The notes: generated by a model not told the origin, from the letters alone. DNA of 64,000 nucleotides from Vicugna vicugna (GCA_013265495.1 MU058451.1:760584-824583), one strand, 5' to 3'. Positions 1-12,700 are shown, counted from the first letter of the stretch. Program-made: numbers and translations.

Positions 1-1930
1 AAAATTGTTTCTGTATTAAAATGCAACCTTACAACTAACCTGGATCTCAATTCCTGCAAAGGCATATGTTCTAAAACCACCTCCTCTGCATCCATTTTAT
101 TTGACATCCACAGTGACTGTGTGCAAGAAACAAAGTTACTCTCTTAACCTGCAAGGCCCAGACCAAGTGTCAACTTTTCTAGGAAGCCTTGCCAGGCTCC
201 TCACTAGGGGCTACGTGCATTCTTTCTGTGTTCAGTATATACTGAATGTGAGGCATTAATCTCATCTATTAAAATTGATTTAATATATCTGTTTTCCCTT
301 GGGGCCCATGAACTTCTTTCAAGGGCAAGGATCACATTTTTCTCCACACATGCAGCACCTCCCCCAAGTCCCCACTGTCTGATAGGCTGGTCCTCGGAGT
401 CCTTTTTAAAATGATGACCATTTGCATGTGAAAATATACTCATTTGCATATGGAAACATTTATCTTTAAGAAGCCAAACCAGCTGTATCCTAATTAGGAA
501 TCGCTAAGTTATTAGCTTTGATAAAATGTGAGACAGCTCTTAAAGTGGGAAACATGGAAATTAAATCCAGGTCTTCAGTACCACCACATTACTGGGATAT
601 CACATAGTCCCATGACTGCCAGCTTCTTCCCTTCTAGGAGGCAGTGGGAAAAGCTCATGTTCTGTGTGAACGGGAATGACTGAAAAAAGTGAGAAATCAA
701 CCGTTCTCTCTGTGATGTGTAAATATGATGTTACTTATTTGAGTCTTATCTGCAGCTTCTGTGTAGAAGGACTATTGCTGTTTGACTTTTCTTTTTATAC
801 CTAACTTGAGTAATAAGACTACTTGAACAAATGCATTTCTTCTCTCCCACCCTCCTGCCCAGCAGCCTGGTCTCTCCACATCTGTGGTTTTCCATTGATT
901 GCATGCCACACAGCTTAAGGCTGAGCCTCCCTGAGTCCTTGAAATGTTGATTTTCTCTTCTTCATTTTTAAGATAATAGAAATATATCTATTAATAATAC
1001 AAACATTAAGACATAATATTTTCTATACAGTTACTTATTTATAAAGGTGGCTTCAAATAGGTCCATTGTTTGGTTCTGTTGTTAACAGTTACAAGATGTT
1101 TGATAATGACATTATCCTGGCTCTATTCTCAGGTATCTGAATGTTACCTTTAAATTACCAAAATGGTTTCCTGAATTTGTACACAGATCTAGCCCTTGGC
1201 CTATAAATCTCAATACTGCCATTCCATTTTGGTTCTTGGTGTAAGTAAAATGTGTGTTTCTGTGTCCATATCCTGTGCATTGAGGGAAGAGATTTTTCTT
1301 CTCCATTTATAATGGCTAATAATCATAATTGCTAGTATTTTTCTGAAGTTGGGCAATGGGATACATGATAAAGAGTTGTGCTGGTGCCGCTTGCTGTAAC
1401 CAAGTTTATGAGTTATAACTCTTACTCCAAATGAAATACAGTTTTATTTGAGGTAGATCTGCAAGTGGGAGAATGACTATTAATTCTGCAATTCCAAAAT
1501 AACTAATGTACTTGGTTTGAAGCCAGGTACACTGTGAGTTCTGGAGTTAAGTGCTCTTGTGGGAAATACAGAGAGAGACTTTAACATATGGATTCTCAGA
1601 AGAAAATGCAACTGTTCCATACAAGAAATATTGAGTTATTCTTAGTACTTTTTAATGCGTGGTTGACTCTGTATTTTTGAGTGGTGCCATTTTTAACACT
1701 TGGCAATGCAAACCAAAGATCTTCATTTCCTGGGGTAATTTTACTAACTCACCCATTCATACAACAAGCATTTAGTGAGGATTGATGGTATAGCCCTGTA
1801 CTTGATTTGATGAGAAATACAAGGAAAGCGGAGGCAAGATCTGTCTTCACTGGATTTATAATATTGTTGGAAAATAAAAAAGATAAATGTGTATGCATGT
1901 ATCTATATAGATAGGTACACATAAGTATGT

Positions 1931-1952
1931 ACACACACACACACACACACAC
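1931..1952. repeat. (AC)11 microsatellite
   Basis: Uninterrupted AC run read directly from the sequence. Confidence 0.95.
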
Positions 1953-2639
1953 GACAGGTAGAAAGCAAAATGGAACTTCATGATAATGTATTAAAAAATT
2001 CACATTGACTCCCCTCTCTGCTGTGATCCAGGCAGAGGTTTTGGAACACCTGCCTTTGAGAAGCTCATCATCGGGTAGAGGGATGGGTGGGCCAGATGGA
2101 TGGGGTGATAATCAAGGGATGAGCCAACTGTCTTGTGAGAACACTGTTGACATGGCTGTAAGTTCTGCCCGTGAGAGCGGAGGGAGGCTTCAGAGAAGAA
2201 GGGGAGTTTGAGTATGTTCTTGGAAGAAAGTGTAATCACACTGGGTTTTGTGTACATACGCACTGAGAGAGAGCAGAGAAGAACAGAGGTGCCTGTGAGG
2301 TCACAAAGCCTCCTTTGACAACCGAGTTACATCTTGCAAGAAGTTTACATAGCACAAGGGTAAATATTTATAATTTATAGTGTTTGGTATATGCATGTCA
2401 AAGAAAGAAAAGTGGGAAGAGAGCTCAGGCAAGAAAACCCTCACAGGCAAAGGTGGAAGAGGGGGAACCAGTTACACGTAAGGAGAGTGGTCCACTGAAA
2501 TGGAAGACCTTTCACTAAAAAGAGACCAAATTAGGTGGATTTAGGGATAAACAGTATCTGACTGAGGGCTTGGGTCAAACGAGAAACGAAAGCTGTTTAA
2601 AAAAATACAAAACGTGATGCAGGTGCAGGTTATTCCAGT

Positions 2640-2830
2640 ATATTGGTTAAACACAGACTGGCTTCGAATCACGGCTCCATCCATTACTGTCTGGCTGTGT
2701 GATCTTGGGCAAATTATTTATTGTCTCTGTGCCTTAGTGTCCTCATCTATAAAAAAGAGGAAGTACTAGTTTTTACCTCACAAGGTTGGCATGAGTATTC
2801 AATGAGTCTATATTTTTAAAAGTTTAGAAC
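2640..2830 (+). mobile_element. MIR SINE fragment
   Basis: Contains 'ctggctgtgtgatcttgggcaaattattt...tctgtgccttagtgtcctcatctataaaa', resembling the MIR core. Confidence 0.8.
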
Positions 2831-2949
2831 AAACCCAGCACATTGAGATAATATATGTATATATGTAACATATATAAAAGGATGTACACTAGGTAGTAGA
2901 AAACTAGCATGGCTTCTTAAGCAGTGGGTGTTAAAATGGTGTGTCCTGA

Positions 2950-3590
2950 TACACAGGGCATAGGGAGGGAAGTTCTGGAGGCTGGCCGATGAGATGGGGC
3001 AGATTCCAGGGATGTTTGGATGAAGACAGTGAGGGCTTGGAGCAGAGTAGAGAAAAACTAAGAGGTTTGAATAGAAGATGTATTTATTTTTTTGGAAGGG
3101 TATGTGTATAAGTTTTTACTGAATTATAGTCAATTTACAATGTTGTGTCAATTTCTGGTGACCAGCATAATGCTTCAGTCATACGTGAACATACATATAT
3201 TTGTCTTCATAGTCTTTTTCACTGTAAGTTACTACAGAATATTGAATATAGTTCCCTGTGCTATAGAGTATGAACTTGTTGTTTATCAGATTTTGTGAGA
3301 ATCGTCTTATATTTGAAAGCGAGAAACACTGCCAGAGTTCAGTAGGTGTTCTGTGCAATTCAGTGGGTTTGTAGATGCAATTCTTGGTGTATTTGTGGGC
3401 GAGGGTGAGCTGTTAGTCTCTTTACTCGCCATCTTGGCACCGCCCCCCAGAAGACATATTTCAAAGAAAGAAAGAACCGTTAGAACTTGTGGGATTGGGG
3501 TGGGTGTGAGGATGTGAGAAGTTGTAGCCAAAGATGACTCTAATGTTGAGGCTTTGAGAAGCTGGGAAGAGCCGGGGAGGGGGCATGGAC
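2950..3590 (-). mobile_element. L2 LINE fragment split by the L1-derived insertion at 3086-3448
   Basis: Purine-rich L2-like sequence on both sides of the insertion, e.g. 'gccaaagatgactctaatgttgaggctttgagaagctgg'. Confidence 0.5.
3086..3448 (-). mobile_element. Internally deleted or spliced L1: 5'UTR head (3287-3448) fused to 3' tail (3086-3286), with TSD
   Basis: The minus strand starts 'ggggggcggtgccaagatggcg', like an L1 5' end with a YY1 motif. It then switches to the L1 3' tail 'ataaacaacaagttcatactctatagcacagggaac' and ends in an A-rich tail. The TSD is agaagatgtattt (3073-3085) / agaagacatattt (3449-3461). Confidence 0.8.
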
Positions 3591-4060
3591 AACAAATGAG
3601 AGAGTTATGCATGAATGGACCTCAAAGCTCTGTAAATGAAATCTACAGCACTTAGCCTGAATGTGCTCAAATAATAATAATCATTAGCTAGAATTTCATC
3701 TTCCTTTGTGCTTTTCTGCAATTCTTTTGCCATCTTTTCTGGGAACAATTCAGGATGTCAGTGCTTTTTGAACAGAAAGCAAATTCTAAAAGAAGAGATT
3801 TCTGATTTAAAAACATGGACTTTCCAAGCATTTATTAAATTATAAAATAAGACAAAGATAAGGAAAAACTTAACTTTCCAATCCCTTGGAATTTTACAGA
3901 ATGAAGTTGAAAACTTATTTCAGTTGGGAATAGAAAAAACACAAACAATGAAGCACAATAAAACAAAACAAAAACTCGGTTAAGAAATGACCCTGAGGCA
4001 AAGTCTTAAATCTTAAAGGTCAACAGGTCGGTATACTTTAAAAACTGTAATTATAGCTCT

Positions 4061-4224
4061 NNNNNNNNNNNNNNNNNNNNNNNNNNNNNNNNNNNNNNNN
4101 NNNNNNNNNNNNNNNNNNNNNNNNNNNNNNNNNNNNNNNNNNNNNNNNNNNNNNNNNNNNNNNNNNNNNNNNNNNNNNNNNNNNNNNNNNNNNNNNNNNN
4201 NNNNNNNNNNNNNNNNNNNNNNNN
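4061..4224. other. Assembly gap (164 N)
   Basis: N run. Confidence 1.
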
Positions 4225-4654
4225 TGACTCTTTTCCATCAAGTTGAAAATTCTTTTCAATTAAAAACTCATCTCTACAGATGGTATTAGCATTAGGAGAG
4301 TCCTGTTCTGTCTAAAATAACAAATATTGAAATACTTCAGGAATTGCTCTATAAATCTTTGGAAGTAGAATCAACTAAAGGGTTCAGTTGATGTGTGTGT
4401 GTGTTTTGTTTTGTTTTATTTTGTTTTAAGTGAGTAAAAGTTGAACTGATGAGAATTTGGCCCATATGCTTTATTTATTATTGCTCAAATGGATCAGTTT
4501 TATCCCAGTGCTTGGACAATTTTGTTGCACGTTAATGTGAAATATTGTGAATATTTTAACTGAACTATCAACTATGAAATACTTTATCCAAAACATTATG
4601 ATTACAAAGGCAATAAGAGAAACAGTTTAAACCAGGAGAGAATGCTCTGTTAAA

Positions 4655-4922
4655 NNNNNNNNNNNNNNNNNNNNNNNNNNNNNNNNNNNNNNNNNNNNNN
4701 NNNNNNNNNNNNNNNNNNNNNNNNNNNNNNNNNNNNNNNNNNNNNNNNNNNNNNNNNNNNNNNNNNNNNNNNNNNNNNNNNNNNNNNNNNNNNNNNNNNN
4801 NNNNNNNNNNNNNNNNNNNNNNNNNNNNNNNNNNNNNNNNNNNNNNNNNNNNNNNNNNNNNNNNNNNNNNNNNNNNNNNNNNNNNNNNNNNNNNNNNNNN
4901 NNNNNNNNNNNNNNNNNNNNNN
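4655..4922. other. Assembly gap (268 N)
   Basis: N run. Confidence 1.
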
Positions 4923-6099
4923 GACACCATATGTCTGGGCTGATATGTCACCATAGGCTGCTCTGAAAAAACACATGGCTTTATGGAAACGGCTGTCAGC
5001 CTGGGGAAGAAACCTTGCTGGCTACTGCCCTTCTATCAAAGAAAACACAGGCCATCCAATAAATGCAGCTCTGATGATCAGAAATGACTGGTGTTTGGTT
5101 TGGTCTGGTTTGAACTAATTGGCCAGCATCTAGAGAGAGCCTGCTGTTTAGATTAGGGCATGAACAGTTAGAGCCTGTTTTGGGTGTGTTCCTTTAAATC
5201 TCCAAGTGAGGGGGAGCAAGGTTTTCAAACTCATCAGTTGGCCTGCTCTGCATGGGTCTTAATGATACACCTGTCTTCATCTAGCTCTTAGCAACTCCCT
5301 TCATGGTATTTTATAGGCGTTGTCTCACCAATCCTTACAGCATCCTCGGGAGGCGTCAAGGACTCAGATTTATTTTCTTCCAGGGCAAACCGAGGCACAG
5401 AAAGGTTACGGTCACATTAGCCCTTAGGACGCATGATTCTGGGGACGACTCAACCTTCTTTACTCCAGTTGGTCAGCATTTGACCAGGCGTGCCAGACAC
5501 ACTTTATGGGAAGGAGGATTTGTCCTTCTCTCCTGGGCTGCTGCCTCCTTCTCCTGGCGTGCACAGTGCTGGCCAGGTGCCCACTTCAAGGCTTCTCCAC
5601 TCCAAAGGCTCTGCGCCTGGGTCAGCAGCCGTGTGAGTGGGATTCCACAGTTGTCGTTGGGAAGCTGTTACCAGAGTTTTCCTGCTTGGACACAGAGACT
5701 CCATTGCATGGTGATTACATCCTGGGTAACTGCTCTGAACAGCCTGGAGCTCTGCAGGGTACACGGTCCCCCCGCACACTGGAATCGGCAGCCCCGTGTC
5801 AGCTGCACGCCTCCTGCATTGTCTGGACCTTGGTTTCCATCACAGTTAGTCCAGTGGTACTTATAGTAGATTGTGGCCAAGATAAGCATTTGGAATGGTT
5901 TATACTTAATTTTATTCATAAGGACAGAGGCAGGACCAAGAAAATTGTGTGACTCAATCTGATATAAGGAAATCTACTTTATATATATATATGAGTTTTC
6001 CACATAAGAGCCTTTCCCCCCAAAGAATTTAAAGTTAAAAACTTTTAAACAATGCACTCAGCAAAAGGCTGCGTATCTCAGTCACTTAGAGAGTCTTCC

Positions 6100-6101
6100 T
6101 G

Positions 6102-6136
<35 letters not shown>

Positions 6137-6137
6137 G
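6100..6137. repeat. (TG)n microsatellite with one interruption
   Basis: Read directly from the sequence. Confidence 0.95.
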
Positions 6138-6569
6138 ACTGATTCACTGGATCCAGAGCACAGCCTGGGATTTTAATAAGCCCTCCCCTGTGAGTCTGAT
6201 GTGAAGTCAGTGATGCCTCAGAGGGCTGCACATGCCTCAGTTCCTCTAGCCCTGCCGCTCAGGAGTATAAAACATCAAGGGCAAAGTGAAACAGATAAAA
6301 AAGATTTGTGGTTTCCTGACCAGACAGAGGTGTTTCCCATTCAGCAGTGTAATGTCAAGAAATGGAGAGGATATTCTAAATGCAGCAGTTCAGGCTGAAT
6401 CTGAAAAATGGACTTTAAGGCATGTAAAGGAAGCCTGTGGAGCAAGCACAGTGAGAACTTGCGATGGATTTCTGCACCCCATCACTATCCTAGTTCCCCA
6501 TCCCTAGTTGTTTGTGATAGTAACCCAGTTCTCTGTCGACTGCTTTTCCCTTTCTTGAAATCAAAGGAC

Positions 6570-7090
6570 AGAGGGTATGCAGAGAAATGATGGCCACAAA
6601 TTCAGAAAGTATATATTTCTCCATCTCCTTGAGCTTGGGCTGAACCTGTGACTGATTTAATCAACAAAACCATCAGAAGTGATGCCATGTCCATTCTCAG
6701 CCCACATCTTTGAAAGGACTGGCTGCCTATGCTTCTCCTCTCTTACCTCCTTAGCTCAGATGTTGCTCCCTCTTGAAACCCTACTGCCATCCGGATGTGT
6801 AGCCCAGATCAGAGGAAGAGGCTGCATCCAAACATTTTGTTCAACATTCTTACCAAGCTCATGGCCAAGAACCAATATTCACTCTTGGCAAGGAGAGTGA
6901 ACCATCTTGGTAGTTCTAGCCCAGTTGAGCCCCAGATAACTGCAACCTCCATCAGCATCATGTGGAGCAGAAGTACTGCCCAACTGAGCTCGGTCAACTC
7001 ATACAGTCTCAAGAATTAACACAACAGTGGGTGTTTTATGCCCACTAAGTTTTGGGGTGGTTTGTTACACAGCAACAAATAATTGAAACA
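6570..7090 (+). mobile_element. MLT1-type (MaLR) solo LTR
   Basis: Ends in 'cactaagttttggggtggtttgttacacagcaacaaataattgaaaca', like an MLT1 3' end. Internal 'atgtggagcagaagtactgcccaactgagc' is also MLT1-like. Confidence 0.75.
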
Positions 7091-7296
7091 AAGTGTATTT
7101 TCCAGTCCATGGCATTCTGAAGGCGAAGATTTGGATCACAACTACAATTTCAATGTAGTACTTTGGCTGTACCTTCACCTACTTTGTGGTAACTACATTC
7201 CCATCATGTTCTTCCCACATAATTTCTCTAAGTGATATCCAGAACATACAATATGTGGACCAGTCCTTTTGGCCACTATTTGATATTGGCTATTTT

Positions 7297-7515
7297 ATTT
7301 TTATTATTTATTTATTTAAAAAATTTTTAAACATTTTTATTGATTTAAAATCATTTTACAATGTTGTGTCAAATTCCAGGTGTAGAGCACAATTTTTCAG
7401 TTACACATGAACATATGTATATATTCATTGTCACATTTTTTTCTCTGTGAGCTACCATAAGATCTTGTGTATATTTCTCTGTGCTATACAGTATAATCTT
7501 GTTTATCTGTTCTAC
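7297..7515 (-). mobile_element. 5'-truncated young L1 3' end (camelid-type)
   Basis: Perfect 19-bp TSD atttgatattggctatttt (7278-7296 / 7516-7534) followed by aaaa, an L1 endonuclease TTTT/AA site. T-rich tail on the left. Confidence 0.92.
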
Positions 7516-9544
7516 ATTTGATATTGGCTATTTTAAAATTCTCACTTGGATGACATCTCTGCTCTTAGGTGATGTCTTGTTTGCCGAGTAGGAGCCCGGC
7601 CCCCAGTGTCTCTGAAGCTGCACTGCTGTTGACCATGATGGCTGTTGAAGATGACCGTGGGCCTGAAGGTGAGGGCCCTGGGATCTGAATCAAAGTGCCA
7701 TCTCTGTTACTATTGCAGCTACTGGTGCCACTGGAGCTTTGGGAAATACTTCATTATTATAATTAGCAACCTAAGTGGCTATATATTTATAGTAAATAAC
7801 TGTTTCTTTCAATTGAACTAAAGAGTTAAGATGTACTGCTTAGATAATTCTTCCTCTTCCTCTCCCTCTCCCTCCCCCACTTCTTCTTCACGCAAATATT
7901 CTAAATTAAGAACCCTGGATCAATGTTGCCATAGTTGAAACATTTAGCCTACAAAGAGATGACCAATCAAATTGTTTTAATAGGGTCCAGGTGGGGAGGC
8001 TTCTAATCAGGTTTTCCTCAGCAGGAATTCCTGCTTTATTTATGTGAGCTAAAAGTATTTGACTAATTTTTTATTCTTTAAATAATATGAGTAGAAGATG
8101 AAATATTGTTCTCTTTAAACACTAATGATATCTTTAACAACATCACAGCCTAAAAAATAGGAAATATTTAAAAAACAAAGATTGGAAATCCAGAGAACAG
8201 ATTTTTGTCTCTAATCCACTAATTTGGTAGATGTTTGGTATCACATTTATTACACCAATATCTTGGGATTATTTCTGGGAAATAGTTGTGTGTACTTCCT
8301 TTTTTTTCTGTTCTATAGGACTGAAGTTGAAGCAGATGGAAAATATTTAAAGTAAAAGATCATTGTTTGAAAATATGAGGATACATAAAAATTTAGTGAG
8401 ATGGGAAATGAGAGAATAAGAGGAAATAAACACAAAGCAGGAGGGTATCAAGGTGGAATTGTCTTCTGAGCATATGTTATAGAGCAGCTCAATTCTCTTG
8501 AATGTGGTTTTGGAAGATTGGAGGGAAGGAGAAAGTCCATGTTTCCTGGGCATTAGGGCATCAAGAGATTAATGGGAAATTGAAGGGGACCTTCATGCCT
8601 GAAACAGAACCCTCTATGATGTTCTTCTTTGAGATCCTTAGAGAAATAAGATCAGAAAAGGATTCTACTAACTGATTAGGCTACTTCCTACAGTAATATG
8701 GTGATTGGACAATGATTAATCCCCTGTGACACTGATGTATTTCCAGTGTCAAGAAACATCTTAGAAAAATGGAAACATCAGAAAGAACTGGAAAAATGGA
8801 TGCTTTCCATACTATTTTATCTGCCCCCCAAAGATTTAAGGGGTCCCTTTTCAGAAAGCTAAATACTAATGTTGGAGAATTATTGTTAAATATTTCTAAA
8901 AGCAGATTGAGTTCCTTTGAGTCATGTTAGGCTTGGTGGTTTTCACAGCAGAGTATGAATAGGTCCTTGCTTAGTTAACTCGGCTGTTTTTCCTCATAAT
9001 GAACATCTGGTTAAATTCTTATATACAAATGTGAAGGAATTCTGTTTTTTGGAGGTACAGTTCTAGGAGTCCATGTGACACTTGGAACTCTCTTTAACCT
9101 GCCAAAAGTTGCTCTGATAACTTTCAAATTTTGAGACTCACTTTGTCAGACATGTTGGCAGGAGGCCTTTATTTGAGGAGTAAACCTTTTAGAAGTAGGA
9201 CCCCTTGGCCAATTTGGAAAACTTTGAATCTTTGTTGGAACAATGAAGTTGAGTTCTAAACCCTTTCACCACATGTTATAAATATTAACAATGGAGGTAA
9301 TGTGGGTGGTGGAGATTTTTTTTTTTGAAATGGGGATTTCAGTATTGGCTGAGATGATAATAAAGTCATTCACTGAGAAACAGAACAGGAGGTTGTTCTA
9401 ATTTTATATTTGCCCGTTTTTCATGAAGGGGAAGGGAACAAGAAACAGCTTTAGCATAGTAATCAAATTTACAGGGTCAATACTAATGGATATAATGGGT
9501 TAGGCCAAATTACACAAGTATTTATAGTTTGAAATTTTGAGGAA

Positions 9545-9790
9545 GCACTTTCCTTAGTAGTTAAGAAGGCAGGCTCTATGGGGCTTAAGCCCTAGCCCTG
9601 ACCCTTACAAGCTACGTGAGCTTGAGCCGTACCGAACTTAAACAACTTGCCTTATTTTCTCACCCTTGTGCCTGCTAGGGTTAATAATTGGACCTAACTC
9701 ATGAAATAGTTGTGAAGATTTATTTTAGTTCTTGGTATGATATCTGGAGTGAAGCACTAAATGCTCAATAAATATCAGATGTTGCTCTTA
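9545..9790 (+). mobile_element. MIR SINE
   Basis: 'tagtagttaagaaggcaggctct...gctacgtgagcttgag...gttgtgaagatt...aaatgctcaataaatatcag'. Confidence 0.7.
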
Positions 9791-12700
9791 CTAAACAGAA
9801 AAAAATTGCCCGTGAACAAATTTATTCACCCAGGAAGAAAAAGCAAAAGAATTTCTTGCTAGCGTTTCCTGGTGTCTTTCAGATATGAGGAAAGAGAGTG
9901 GGCGAATTGAGAGAATTTCCACAATGATGCACATGAGTTTAAGGAATTATTCCTTACATAAGCGTCTTACTTGCAATGCTTAATATGTTGGCTTTAATGG
10001 TATTAATTCTTTTGGTACACTTCCTTAAACACATACTGAGCTAGAACTCTTCTTCTGCCTTGCTGGACATGGAAGATCTCTAGCATCCCCTTCATTTTAT
10101 TATTGAACCACAATTATGCTTCCATAAAACCAGCCAAGCAGCAGAGGCAAGACACTGGAGCCATATGGGAGCATGGCACACAGCAGAATGCAGTTCCAAA
10201 TTTGGAAGCAAGGTCAGAAAATGTCACTTCTGAAGGTGAATATCGGAAGAGAAAACATTATAGATTAATTTGTCATCTTCTCAACTGCAGAAGTAAGCCC
10301 TCTGGTTGGAGTCTAATTTGTGTGTTGCCCACAAAGCTATTTTGTTTCCAGATTTTTATATTGGAAATGCACAGTGCCTCACAAATTCAGTCAAAGGCCC
10401 TGGACCTTTTCCCTGGCCCTGTCAAAGTTATTGGGTTCTTTTGTTATTTTTTTTTTCAGAAAAAGAATGTTATAATTTACTCAATCACATTTTTAAAGGG
10501 ATTATCGCCTTATTGTTTAGGATGGTAGTGATTTACCTAAATTCTAGAAAAATATTAGGAGACTAGTTTATCGGAGGGTCAGCACTGACCAAAGATTGTC
10601 CTCCTGTCCTCTTTGAGAACTGTTCCTAGAAATGGATTGGGTAGCACAGCTTGTCACCCCTTGGTGGTAGTTCCTGTGAGCATCACCCACTGCCTTTTAA
10701 ATGTAATTTAGATTCCTATGTGATTTTTCCTCTAGAGGAGATAATGACCTGATTACACTCAAAGGCCACTCTGAGCCTTTGGGAGTTATATTTATCACTG
10801 TGAATACTTTGGTGTTTTGAATCAGTCTTATAGGTATTTGGCTCATGTCAATATCCGGAAGCCAGTCACCCTCAGTTAATAGAAAAAAACCCAAAACACA
10901 ATACATTGCAGAGCTGGACCTAGCAGAGGCTGCAGTGGGCCTTTTCAAGATGCAGCCACGCAGGGCCAGTCTAGGGCAGTCAGCATCCCTGCTGACCTTG
11001 CTCACCTGCAACCCTGCAGCGAGGACCTCGAAGATCAGGGAAATCTAGCCTCCCTTTCTTCCAGCCTCCATCTACAGAAACATATATTACCACACTCCTG
11101 TGAGGCTAGGCAGTGTTCTGATTTTTCATAAATTGGCAGAGGGTGGGAAGAAAGTAATTCAATTGACTAAGGAATTAGTGAGAATAACAGCTGAGATCCT
11201 GTGAGGTTTCCTAATCTCAGCTCCAATTATGATATCACCGGCACAGCGTCGGAGAAGACGCTCGATTTGTGCTGCATTTTCTTGGCCTGGATCTAATTCT
11301 ACTAAAAACTGAAGGTGAGATTTTATTTCTTACATCTCAAGTTCTTGGCAAATATCCAGAGAAGTACAGGATCAAAAAGTAGTGTTTGTTTAAAATCTGT
11401 CTTGTTCGAGGGGGTAATAATAAGGCTGATGGCTGAGGAAATGTGTCTGAGAACTACAGAAAGGTGAATGCATATAATCAAAATATGGCTAATATTTAAA
11501 CTCGCCCTCACGTCCACCCATGCCATTGGTTCCTGAACATCTTGGATCTTGATGTGGTTATAAAAACTCATCCTGAGAAGTAAACTCCTCCCAAAGTCGT
11601 TAGGGCCCAGATAATAAAAAGTTTTAATTAGACATATCCTGTTTGTTCTCATAAAATCTAAAGAAAATATTAACTATTTTTGCCTGTCCTGTTTAGTTTA
11701 TGGAGAAATTGTGTTCAAGAAAATCCATATGCCTTTTGAGAACCAGTTTGAGATGGGGAATACTTTTCCTGGCTTTATAAAAAAAAAAGTGCCAACCCAA
11801 ACATAGCCGTGGCTGACAGCCGCTGCCCTCTGCTTTACCTGTGGGAAGTGGCGCAAACCCCAGGAGCCTGCGCACAGAATGCCCCAGGCACCAAACCTGC
11901 AGTCTTAGAAGCCACTAACAAGGTTATTTCTTCTCGCTGACACTTCGCCAGGAACATAAAGAAGATGGGCTACCTCTTAAACTCCTGGCTACCTCTGCTC
12001 CCCCTGCAGTCACAAGTTCTTTGTTTATCTTTTCTTTTGGAACCCTGGGAAAAGTATATCAAAGTGACTGGATTTGCCAAAATTTGTGCACTTAGCAGCT
12101 GGCGCTGTGACAAACGCCTGCAGAGAAGAGAAAAGATTCCTGTGTTTCTGAGTGTTATTTTCTCCCTTGAGAGGCTTCCAGAGACTTGAAAGGAGGGCCG
12201 TGCCGAGGAACTGATTAAATTTGCTCGTATGGAAATTGAAAGTCGGTGTGAACAACCCGCTCTCTCTGCCTCTGCTCCCGGCCCAGCTGCCCAGGTAACC
12301 AGGGCTCCTTATCACAGAGACGAGGGCTGGAAAATGCCAGCGCAGCCCCCGTCCCCTAATACCTGGCAAGCGGAGGGCTGTTCCCTGTGGTCTCCATTGT
12401 TTAGTCTGGTTGAATTTTAAAACATGCTTCAGGAAGACAGTGGTCCAGATTTCCTTGGGGAGTTCTCTTCATAGATGAAAACTTGTTCGGCTAATAAGTT
12501 GAAGATTTCTTTTGCTTCAGCTCATCCTATTATTTTGAGACAGTCTTGCCTCTTCTGTGCTTTGTGGTCTTAGGAAATTATTCAGTTCTCCAATTTCTCC
12601 ACATCTGAAGAGGGGGATTGTATCATCATTAAAATACTGTTTGGAGACGACGGGAAAGAGCTGGGGCCACAGCGAGTGTTTAAACCATCCGCTCCAGGAC

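Noticed and set aside
4038-4976. ORFs containing X runs (also 18793-19152 and 23520-23840)
   Set aside because: Artefacts of translating through N gaps.
5303-5952. Longest ORFs in the track (187 aa and 148 aa, overlapping, with ORFs on the opposite strand)
   Set aside because: No recognisable domain. The Cys/Trp/Ser/Pro-rich composition is typical of chance ORFs in GC-richer DNA, and open frames on both strands argue against coding.
11241-11305. Small hairpin gcacagcgtc-ggagaa-gacgctcgatttgtgc and a minus-strand peptide ELDPGQENAAQIERLLRRCA resembling a TPR 'LELDP' turn
   Set aside because: The stem is only 6+4 bp, the donor is weak (CG|GTGATA), there is no adjoining TPR sequence, and it borders a MIR-like remnant.
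11823-11834. CTCF-like core (minus strand AGCAGAGGGCAG)
   Set aside because: It lacks the conserved leading CC, and partial matches are common.
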